From Leptogorgia sarmentosa (Eukaryota), in contig OZ210885.1 of assembly GCA_964658305.1 (NCBI GenBank), forward strand, positions 16,368,001-16,432,000: a DNA stretch of 64,000 bases, in the 5' to 3' direction. Positions 26,301-37,266 of the stretch are shown one piece after another (within the stretch, counting starts at the first letter, position 1; each line of letters begins with the position of its first letter). A program made the translations under genes and the position numbers. The notes beneath the pieces were generated by a model that had not been told where the DNA came from, ran no database searches, and saw nothing but the letters and a program-made list of their open reading frames with translations.

Positions 26301-29300
26301 TGTTACACGTTTAAAAAGTGTAACTTCCATCAACAAATGTCTACCACCATACCAGTAGGAAAATACCGGTTCTCGTCTGATCACCAAAGTTAAGCCTAGG
26401 TGGGCAAAGTTAGTACTTGGATGGGTGACTACCTGGGAATACTTTGTGTTGTAGACTTGCTTCATTTTATTGTATGTGTGTTTGTAAATAGGTTTGCTTT
26501 CAATTTCAACTTCAGGGTTTTGTTATTGTTACACGTTTAAAAAGTGTAACTTCCATCAACAAATGTCTACAACCATACCAGTAGGAAAATACCGGTTCTC
26601 GTCTGATCACCGAAGTTAGGCCTAGGTGGGAAAAGTTAGTACTTGGATGGGTGACCACCTGGGAATACTTTGTGTTGTAGACTTGCTTCATTTTATTGTA
26701 TGTGTGTTTGTAAATAGGTTTGCTTTCAATTTCAACTTCAGGGTTTTGTTATTGTTACACGTTTAAAAAGTGTAACTTCCATCAACAAATGTCTACAACC
26801 ATACCAGTAGGAAAATACCGGTTCTCGTCTGATCACCGAAGTTAGGCCTAGGTGGGAAAAGTTTGTACTTGGATGGGTGACCACCTGGGAATACTTTGTG
26901 TTGTAGACTTGCTTCATTTTATTGTATGTGTGTTTGTAAATAGGTTTGCTTTCAATTTCAACTTCAGGGTTTTGTTATTGTTACACGTTTAAAAAGTGTA
27001 ACTTCCATCAACAAATGTCTACGACCATACCAGTAGGAAAATACCGGTTCTCGTCTGATCACCGAAGTTAGGCCTAGGTGGGAAAAGTTTGTACTTGGAT
27101 GGGTGACCACCTGGGAATACTTTGTGTTGTAGACTTGCTTCATTTTATTGTATGTGTGTTTGTAAATAGGTTTGCTTTCAATTTCAACTTCAGGGTTTTG
27201 TTATTGTTACACGTTTAAAAAGTGTAACTTCCATCAACAAATGTCTACGACCATACCAGTAGGAAAATACCGGTTCTCGTCTGATCACCGAAGTTAAGCC
27301 TAGGTGGGCAAAGTTAGTACTTGGATGGGTGACCACCTGGGAATACTTTGTGTTGTAGACTTGCTTCATTTTATTGTATGTGTGTTTGTAAATAGGTTTG
27401 CTTTCAATTTCACCTTCAGGGTTTTGTTATTGTTACACGTTTAAAAAGTGTAACTTCCATCAACAAATGTCTACGACCATACCAGTAGGAAAATACCGGT
27501 TCTCGTCTGATCACCGAACTTAAGCCTAGGTGGGCAAAGTTAGTACTTGGATGGGTGACCACCTGGGAATACTTTGTGTTGTAGACTTGCTTCATTTTAT
27601 TGTATGTGTGTTTGTAAATAGGTTTGCTTTCAATTTCACCTTCAGGGTTTTGTTATTGTTACACGTTTAAAAAGTGTAACTTCCATCAACAAATGTCTAC
27701 CACCATACCAGTAGGAAAATACCGGTTCTCGTCTGATCACCGAAGTAAAGCCTAGGTGGGCAAAGTTAGTACTTGGATGGGTGACCACCTGGGAATACTT
27801 TGTGTTGTAGACTTGCTTCATTTTATTGTATGTGTGTTTGTAAGTAGGTTTGCTTTCAATTTCAACTTCAGGGTTTTGTTATTGTTACACGTTTAAAAAG
27901 TGTAAGTTCCATCAACAAATGTCTACGACCATACCAGTAGGAAAATACCGGTTCTCGTCTGATCACCGAAGTTAAGCCTAGGTGGGCAAAGTTAGTACTT
28001 GGATGGGTGACTACCTGGGAATACTTTGTGTTGTAGACTTGCTTCATTTTATTGTATGTGTGTTTGTAAATAGGTTTGCTTTCAATTTCAACTTCAGGGT
28101 TTTGTTATTGTTACACGTTTAAAAAGTGTAACTTCCATCAACAAATGTCTACGACCATACCAGTAGGAAAATACCGGTTCTCGTCTGATCACCGAAGTTA
28201 GGCCTAGGTGGGAAAAGTTAGTACTTGGATGGGTGACCACCTGGGAATACTTTGTGTTGTAGACTTGCTTCATTTTATTGTATGTGTGTTTGTAAATAGG
28301 TTTGCTTTCAATTTCAACTTCAGGGATTTTGTTATTGCTACATCTGGAAATATTTTGTATTGTTGTTTTGCTAAATGTTATTTAATGCCTATTTGTAAAT
28401 ATAATTCCTTTCAACTTCAACTTCAGGGTTTTATTATTGTTACACGTTTAAAAAGTGTAACTTCCATCAACAAGTGTCTACGACCATACCAGTAGGAAAA
28501 TACCGGTTCTCGTCTGATCACCGAAGTTAAGCCTAGGTGGGAAAAGTTAGTACTTGGATGGGTGACCACCTGGGAATACTTTGTGTTGTAGACTTGCTTC
28601 ATTTTATTGTATGTGTGTTTGTAAATAGGTTTGTTTTCAATTTCAACTTCAGGGTTTTGTTATTGTTACACGTTTAAAAAGTGTAACTTCCATCAACAAA
28701 TGTCTACGACCATACCAGTAGGAAAATACCGGTTCTCGTCTGATCACCGAAGTTAAGCCTAGGTGGGCAAAGTTAGTACTTGGATGGGTGACCACCTGGG
28801 AATACTTTGTGTTGTAGACTTGCTTCATTTTATTGTATGTGTGTTTGTAAATAGGTTTGCTTTCAATATAAACTTCAGGGATTTTGTTATTGCTACATCT
28901 GGAAATACTTTGTATTGTTGTTTTGCTAAATTTTATTTAATGCCTATTTGTAAATATAATTCCTTTCAATTTCAACTTCAGGGTTTTGTTATTAATACAC
29001 ACGTTTAAAAAGTGTAACTTCCATCAACAAATGTCTACAACCATACCAGTAGGAAAATACCGGTTCTCGTCTGATCACCGAAGTTAGGCCTAGGTGGGAA
29101 AAGTTAGTACTTGGATGGGTGACCACCTGGGAATACTTTGTGTTGTAGACTTGCTTCATTTTATTGTATGTGTGTTTGTAAATAGGTTTGCTTTCAATTT
29201 CAACTTCAGGGTTTTGTTATTGTTACACGTTTAAAAAGTGTAACTTCCATCAACAAATGTCTACCACCATACCAGTAGGAAAATACCGGTTCTCGTCTGA

Positions 29301-32300
29301 TCACCGAAGTAAAGCCTAGGTGGGCAAAGTTAGTACTTGGATGGGTGACCACCTGGGAATACTTTGTGTTGTAGACTTGCTTCATTTTATTGTATGTGTG
29401 TTTGTAAGTAGGTTTGCTTTCAATTTCAACTTCAGGGTTTTGTTATTGTCACACGTTTAAAAAGTGTAAGTTCCATCAACAAATGTCTACGACCATACCA
29501 GTAGGAAAATACCGGTTCTCGTCTGATCACCGAAGTTAAGCCTAGGTGGGCAAAGTTAGTACTTGGATGGGTGACTACCTGGGAATACTTTGTGTTGTAG
29601 ACTTGCTTCATTTTATTGTATGTGTGTTTGTAAATAGGTTTGCTTTCAATTTCAACTTCAGGGTTTTGTTATTGTTACACGTTTAAAAAGTGTAACTTCC
29701 ATCAACAAATGTCTACGACCATACCAGTAGGAAAATACCGGTTCTCGTCTGATCACCGAAGTTAAGCCTAGGTGGGCAAAGTTAGTACTTGGATGGGTGA
29801 CCACCTGGGAATACTTTGTGTTGTAGACTTGCTTCATTTTATTGTATGTGTGTTTGTAAATAGGTTTGCTTTCAATATAAACTTCAGGGATTTTGTTATT
29901 GCTACATCTGGAGATACTTTGTATTGTTGTTTTGCTAAATTTTATTTAATGCCTATTTGTAAATATAATTCCTTTCAATTTCAACTTCAGGGTTTTGTTA
30001 TTGTTACACGTTTAAAAAGTGTAACTTCCATCAACAAATGTCTACGACCATACCAGTAGGAAAATACCGGTTCTCGTCTGATCACCGAAGTTAAGCCTAG
30101 GTGGGCAAAGTTAGTACTTGGATGGGTGACTACCTGGGAATACTTTGTGTTGTAGACTTGCTTCATTTTATTGTATGTGTGTTTGTAAATAGGTTTGCTT
30201 TCAATTTCAACTTCAGGGTTTTGTTATTGTTACACGTTTAAAAAGTGTAACTTCCATCAACAAATGTCTACAACCATACCAGTGGGAAAATACCGGTTCT
30301 CGTCTGATCACCGAAGTTAGGCCTAGGTGGGAAAAGTTAGTACTTGGATGGGTGACCACCTGGGAATACTTTGTGTTGTAGACTTGCTTCATTTTATTGT
30401 ATGTGTGTTTGTAAATAGGTTTGCTTTCAATTTCAACTTCAGGGTTTTGTTATTGTTACACGTTTAAAAAGTGTAACTTCCATCAACAAATGTCTACCAC
30501 CATACCAGTAGGAAAATACCGGTTCTCGTCTGATCACCAAAGTTAAGCCTAGGTGGGCAAAGTTAGTACTTGGATGGGTGACTACCTGGGAATACTTTGT
30601 GTTGTAGACTTGCTTCATTTTATTGTATGTGTGTTTGTAAATAGGTTTGCTTTCAATTTCAACTTCAGGGTTTTGTTATTGTTACACGTTTAAAAAGTGT
30701 AACTTCCATCAACAAATGTCTACAACCATACCAGTAGGAAAATACCGGTTCTCGTCTGATCACCGAAGTTAGGCCTAGGTGGGAAAAGTTAGTGCTTGGA
30801 TGGGTGACCACCTGGGAATACTTTGTGTTGTAGACTTGCTTCATTTTATTGTATGTGTGTTTGTAAATAGGTTTGCTTTCAATTTCAACTTCAGGGTTTT
30901 GTTATTGTTACACGTTTAAAAAGTGTAACTTCCATCAACAAATGTCTACGACCATACCAGTAGGAAAATACCGGTTCTCGTCTGATCACCGAAGTTAGGC
31001 CTAGGTGGGAAAAGTTTGTACTTGGATGGGTGACCACCTGGGAATACTTTGTGTTGTAGACTTGCTTCATTTTATTGTATGTGTGTTTGTAAATAGGTTT
31101 GCTTTCAATTTCAACTTCAGGGTTTTGTTATTGTTACACGTTTAAAAAGTGTAACTTCCATCAACAAATGTCTACGACCATACCAGTAGGAAAATACCGG
31201 TTCTCGTCTGATCACCGAAGTTAAGCCTAGGTGGGCAAAGTTAGTACTTGGATGGGTGACCACCTGGGAATACTTTGTGTTGTAGACTTGCTTCATTTTA
31301 TTGTATGTGTGTTTGTAAATAGGTTTGCTTTCAATTTCACCTTCAGGGTTTTGTTATTGTTACACGTTTAAAAAGTGTAACTTCCATCAACAAATGTCTA
31401 CGACCATACCAGTAGGAAAATACCGGTTCTCGTCTGATCACCGAACTAAAGCCTAGGTGGGAACAGTTAGTACTTGGATGGGTGACCACCTGGGAATACT
31501 TTGTGTTGTAGACTTGCTTCATTTTATTGTATGTGTGTTTGTAAATAGGTTTGCTTTCAATTTCAACTTCAGGGTTTTGTTATTGTTACACATTTAAAAA
31601 GTGTAACTTCCATCAACAAATGTCTACGACCATACCAGTAGGAAAATACCGGTTCTCGTCTGATCACCGAAGTTAAGCCTAGGTGGGCAAAGTTAGTACT
31701 TGGATGGGTGACCACCTGGGAATACTTTGTGTTGTAGACTTGCTTCGTTTTATTGTATGTGTGTTCGTAAATAGGTTTGCTTTCAATGTAAACTTCAGGG
31801 ATTTTGTTATTGCTACATCTGGAAATACTTTGTATTGTTGTTTTCCTAAATGTTATTTAATCCCTATTTGTAAATATAATTCCTTTCAATTTCAACTTCA
31901 GGGTTTTGTTATTGTTACACATTTAAAAAGTGTAACTTGCATCAACAAATGTCTACGACCGTACGAGTAGGAAAATACCGGTTCTCGTCTGATCACCGAA
32001 GTTAAGCCTAGGTGGGCAAAGTTAGTACTTGGATGGGTGACCACCTGGGAATACTTTGTGTTGTAGACTTACTTCATTTTATTGCATGTGTGTTTGTAAA
32101 TAGGTTTGCTTTCAATGTAAACTTCAGGGATTTTGTTATTGCTACATCTGGAAATACTTTGTATTGTTGTTTTGCTAAATGTTATTTAATGCCTATTTGT
32201 AAATATAATTCCTTTCAACTTCAACTTCAGGGTTTTGTTATTGTTACACGTTTAAAAAGTGTAACTTCCATCAACAAGTGTCTACAACCATACCAGTAGG

Positions 32301-34402
32301 AAAATACCGATTCTCGTCTGATCACCGAAGTTAAGCCTAGGTGGGCAAAGTTAGTAGTTGGATGGGTGACCACCTGGGAATACTTTGTGTTGTAGACTTG
32401 CTTCATTTTGTTGTATGTGTGTTTGTAAGTAGGTTTGCTTTCAATTTCAACTTCAGGGTTTTGTTATTGTTACACGTTTAAAAAGTGTAACTTCCATCAA
32501 TAAATGTCTACGACCATACCAGTAGGAAAATACCGGTTCTCGTCTGATCACCGAAGTTAGGCCTAGGTGGGAAAAGTTAGTACTTGGATGGGTGACCACC
32601 TGGGAATACTTTGTGTTGTAGACTTGCTTCATTTTATTGTATGTGTGTTTGTAAATAGGTTTGCTTTCAATTTCAACTTCAGGGATTTTGTTATTGCTAC
32701 ATCTGGAAATATTTTGTATTGTTGTTTTGCTAAATGTTATTTAATGCCTATTTGTAAATATAATTCCTTTCAACTTCAACTTCAGGGTTTTATTATTGTT
32801 ACACGTTTAAAAAGTGTAACTTCCATCAACAAGTGTCTACGACCATACCAGTAGGAAAATACCGGTTCTCGTCTGATCACCGAAGTTAAGCCTAGGTGGG
32901 AAAAGTTAGTACTTGGATGGGTGACCACCTGGGAATACTTTGTGTTGTAGACTTGCTTCATTTTATTGTATGTGTGTTTGTAAATAGGTTTGCTTTCAAT
33001 TTCAACTTCAGGGTTTTGTTATTGTTACATCTGGAAATACTTTGTATTGTTGTTTTGCTAAATGTTATTTAATCCCTATTTGTAAATATAATTCCTTTCA
33101 ATTTCAACTTCAGGGTTTTGTTATTGTTACACGTTTAAAAAGTGTAACTTCCATCAACAAATGCCTACGACCGTACGAGTAGGAAAATACCGGTTCTCGT
33201 CTGATCACCGAAGTTAAGCCTAGGTGGGTAAAGTTAGTAGTTGGATGGGTGACCACCTGGGAATACTTTGCGTTGTAGACTTGCTTCATTTTGTTGTATG
33301 TGTGTTTGTAAGTAGGTTTGCTTTCAATTTCAACTTCAGGGTTTTGTTATTGTTACATGTTTAAAAAGTGTAACTTCCATCAACAAATGTCTACGACCAT
33401 ACCAGTAGGAAAATACCGGTTCTCGTCTGATCACCGAAGTTAAGCCTAGGTGGGCAAAGTTAGTACTTGGATGGGTGACTACCTGGGAATACTTTGTGTT
33501 GTAGACTTGCTTCATTTTATTGTTTGTGTGTTTGTAAATAGGTTTGCTTTCAATTTCAACTTCAGGGTTTTGTTATTGTTACACGTTTAAAAATTGTAAC
33601 TTCCATCAACAAATGTCTACGACCATACCAGTAGGAAAATACCGGTTCTCGTCTGATCACCGAAGTTAAGCCTAGGTGGGAAAAGTTAGTACTTGGATGG
33701 GTGACCACCTGGGAATACTTTGTGTTGTAGACTTGATTGATTTTATTGTATGTGTGTTTGTAAATAGGTTTGCTTTCAATTTCAACTTCAGGGTTTTGTT
33801 ATTGTTACACGTTTAAAAAGTGTAACTTCCATCAACAAATGTCTACGACCATACCAGTAGGAAAATACCGGTTATCGTCTGATCACCGAAGTTAAGCCTA
33901 GGTGGGCAAAGTTAGTACTTGGATGGGTGACCACCTGGGAATACTTTGTGTTGTAGACTTGCTTCATTTTGTTGTATGTGTGTTTGTAAGTAGGTTTGCT
34001 TTCAATTTCATCTTCAGGGTTTTGTTATTGTTACACGTTTAAAAAGTGTAACTTCCATCAACAAATGTCTACGACCATACCAGTAGGAAAATACCGGTTC
34101 TCGTCTGATCACCGAAGTTAAGCCTAGGTGGGCAAAGTTAGTACTTGGATGGGTGACTACCTGGGAATACTTTGTGTTGTAGACTTGCTTCATTTTATTG
34201 TATGTGTGTTTGTAAATAGGTTTGCTTTCAATTTCAACTTCAGGGTTTTGTTATTAGTGAGTTTGGGAAAAGGCGACGGCAACGCGAAAATGGAGCGCGG
34301 AGGCCTGGGTACGACAACGTCGATTGGTGCGCATGCCGTCGTAAAAAAATTTGTTTGGGAATTTCAGAACGGCAACGTTAAAATTTTCGGCGAGAAAAAT
34401 AA

Positions 34403-34450
34403 ATGGCTTCCGTGGAAGAAACAATTGGTGCGCTCTGTTTAGCATATTAA
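34403..34450 (+). pseudogene. Possible N-terminal stub of the element's transposase gene (MASVEETIGALCLAY*)
   Basis: ATG in an AAATAAATGGC context ~150 bp inside the left TIR, converging on the Myb-like ORF and ending where the two overlap. Too short to identify by itself. Confidence 0.35.
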
Positions 34451-34913
34451 TGTGAAGTTTATTTCTGTGTTCGAGTTTAAATTCGACATGCTTTTTTTCC
34501 AAACATCGCCAATCTCGCGAGATCCTTTAGGAAAATCGAACGGCCTTTCTGCCAGCATTTCTTTTACAAGTTCCAGGTCGTGTTGTGGTGTCCATTTCAC
34601 GGCCACATTCGCTTTCCTTTACAATATAAAAAGAATTAACATAAACAAATTATTTAAATGTGTGAACAGATGTTAAAGTTATTTAAAAACTTTGAAAAAA
34701 ATAAATACAAAGATCACAATCAGTTCGTATAATAAACACAAACGTGTAACCGTAGCCAATAGCGCAATACAAATTGTTTACAATATGTCAAGCAATATGT
34801 CAAGCGAACAATATGTTCAGAAATTACTGTTTATAATAACTACTAGGATAGCATGAAGCGATACTTATCATTATTAGCAGTTATAAAAGCAATACTTACT
34901 TATTTTCGGCCAT
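34439..34913 (-). pseudogene. Truncated spliced Myb/SANT-like (Harbinger accessory DNA-binding protein) gene: exon 1 34913-34900, intron 34899-34617, exon 2 34616-34439; 63 aa
   Basis: AAAATGGCCGAAAATAA|GTAAGT donor and TTCTTTTTATATTGTAAAG|G acceptor join in frame. Product: MAENKKANVAVKWTPQHDLELVKEMLAERPFDFPKGSREIGDVWKKSMSNLNSNTEINFTLIC*, with a WT..HD..L....L and W......LN Myb/SANT-like pattern. Confidence 0.7.
34781..34816 (+). repeat. 12-bp tandem duplication CAATATGTCAAG x2 plus a partial third copy, within the element's intron
   Basis: Read directly from the sequence. Confidence 0.85.
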
Positions 34914-36592
34914 TTTTCTTTCCAAAACAGAGCAGAAATACAGAAGTTGTCTTGACAACGTGAAATAGAGCGAAATGCCGTTCTGAACGCGCCGTCAAAT
35001 AAAAGACAACGTGAAATTGTTTGTAGTGCCAGTCTTTTTGCTCGGCCAATGCCGTTGCCGTCGCCTTCGCGTTGTGTTTCCCAAACTCACTATTAATACA
35101 CACGTTTAAAAAGTGTAACTTCCATCAACAAATGTCTACAACCATACCAGTAGGAAAATACCGGTTCTCGTCTGATCACCGAAGTTAGGCCTAGGTGGGA
35201 AAAGTTAGTACTTGGATGGGTGATCACCTGGGAATACTTTGTGTTGTAGACTTGCTTCATTTTATTGTATGTGTGTTTGTAAATAGGTTTGCTTTCAATT
35301 TCAACTTCAGGGTTTTGTTATTGTTACACGTTTAAAAAGTGTAACTTCCATCAACAAATGTCTACCACCATACCAGTAGGAAAATACCGGTTCTCGTCTG
35401 ATCACCGAAGTAAAGCCTAGGTGGGCAAAGTTAGTACTTGGATGGGTGACCACCTGGGAATACTTTGTGTTGTAGACTTGCTTCATTTTATTGTATGTGT
35501 GTTTGTAAGTAGGTTTGCTTTCAATTTCAACTTCAGGGTTTTGTTATTGTTACACGTTTAAAAAGTGTAAGTTCCATCAACAAATGTCTACGACCATACC
35601 AGTAGGAAAATACCGGTTCTCGTCTGATCACCGAAGTTAAGCGTAGGTGGGAAAAGTTAGTACTTGGATGGGTGACCACCTGGGAATACTTTGTGTTGTA
35701 GACTTGCTTCATTTTATTGTATGTGTGTTTGTAAATAGGTTTGCTTTCAATTTCAACTTCAGGGTTTTGTTATTGTTACACGTTTAAAAAGTGTAACTTC
35801 CATCAACAAATGTCTACGACCATACCAGTAGGAAAATACCGGTTCTCGTCTGATCACTGAAGTTAGGCCTAGGTAGGCAAAGTTAGTACTTGGATGGGTG
35901 ACCACCTGGGAATACTTTGTGTTGTAGACTTGCTTCATTTTATTGTATGTGTGTTTGTAAATAGGTTTGCTTTCAATGTAAACTTCAGGGATTTTGTTAT
36001 TGCTACATCTGGAAATACTTTGTATTGTTGTTTTGCTAAATGTTATTTAATCCCTATTTGTAAATATAATTCCTTTCAATTTCAACTTCAGGGTTCTGTT
36101 ATTGTTACACGTTTAAAAAGTGTAACTTCCATCAACAAATGCCTACGACCGTACGAGTAGGAAAATACCGGTTCTCGTCTGATCACCGAAGTTAAGCCTA
36201 GGTGGGTAAAGTTAGCAGTTGGATGGGTGACCACCTGGGAATACTTTGCGTTGTAGACTTGCTTCATTTTGTTGTATGTGTGTTTGTAAGTAGGTTTGCT
36301 TTCAATTTCAACTTCAGGGTTTTGTTATTGTTACACGTTTAAAAAGTGTAACTTCCATCAACAAATGTCTACGACCATACCAGTAGGAAAATACCGGTTC
36401 TCGTCTGATCACCGAAGTTAAGCCTAGGTGGGCAAAGTTAGTACTTGGATGGGTGACTACCTGGGAATACTTTGTGTTGTAGACTTGCTTCATTTTATTG
36501 TTTGTGTGTTTGTAAATAGGTTTGCTTTCAATTTCAACTTCAGGGTTTTGTTATTGTTACACGTTTAAAAAGTGTAACTTCCATCAACAAAT

Positions 36593-36711
36593 GTCTACGA
36601 CCGTACGAGTAGGAAAATAGCGGTTCTCGTCAATCACCGAAGTTAAGCCTAGGTGGGCAAAGTTAGTAGTTGGATGGGTGACCACCTGGGAATACTTTGT
36701 GTTGTAGCCTT
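36593..36711 (+). pseudogene. 5S pseudogene-like copy with a 1-nt deletion in loop C (also near 40067, 45680, 61786)
   Basis: GTCTGATC>GTCAATC, ATACCGG>ATAGCGG, GTAGAC>GTAGCC, plus A11G, C15G and C78G. Confidence 0.7.
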
Positions 36712-37146
36712 GCTTCATTTTATTGTATGTGTGTTTGTAAATAGGTTTGCTTTCAATGTAAACTTCAGGGATTTTGTTATTGCTACATCTGGAAATACTT
36801 TGTATTGTTCTTTTGCTAAATGTTATTTAATGCCTATTTGTAAATATAATTCCTTTCAATTTCAACTTCAGGGTTTTGTTATTGTTACACGTTTAAAAAG
36901 TGTTACTTCCATCAACAAATGTCTACGACGATACCAGTAGGAAAATACCGGTTCTTGTCTGATCACCGAAGTTAAGCGTAGGTGGGCAAAGTTAGTACTT
37001 GGATGGGTGACTACCTGGGAATACTTTGTGTTGTAGACTTGCTTCATTTTATTGTATGTGTGTTTGTAAATATAATTTCTTTCAATTTCAACTTCAGGGT
37101 TTTGTTATTGTTACACGTTTGAAAAGTGTAACTTCCATCAACAAAT

Positions 37147-37266
37147 GTCTACGACCATACCAGTAGCAAAATACCGGTTCTCGTCTAATTACCGAAGTTA
37201 AGCCTAGGTGGGCAAAGTTAGTACTTGGATAGCTGACCACCTGGGAATACTTTGTGTTGTAGACTT
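37147..37266 (+). pseudogene. 5S pseudogene-like copy with damaged box C (also near 40621, 42760, 62340)
   Basis: GGATGGGTGA>GGATAGCTGA, GTCTGATCACC>GTCTAATTACC, TAGGAAAA>TAGCAAAA. Confidence 0.7.

Larger units (their letters stand above)
34256..35091. mobile_element. Non-autonomous TIR DNA transposon, 836 bp, probably PIF/Harbinger group (Pangu-like), copy 1
   Basis: 15-bp perfect TIR AGTGAGTTTGGGAAA/TTTCCCAAACTCACT. Subterminal inverted repeat AAGGCGACGGCAACG (34270-34284 / 35053-35067). ATT duplicated at 34253-34255 and 35092-35094. The matching empty site TTGTTATTAATACACACG occurs elsewhere in the array. Confidence 0.93.

Noticed and set aside
34128..35103. Four ORF-track ORFs overlapping the element (and its two other copies)
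   Set aside because: No recognisable domain. They are off-frame or antisense to the spliced Myb-like frame, or run across the TIR.
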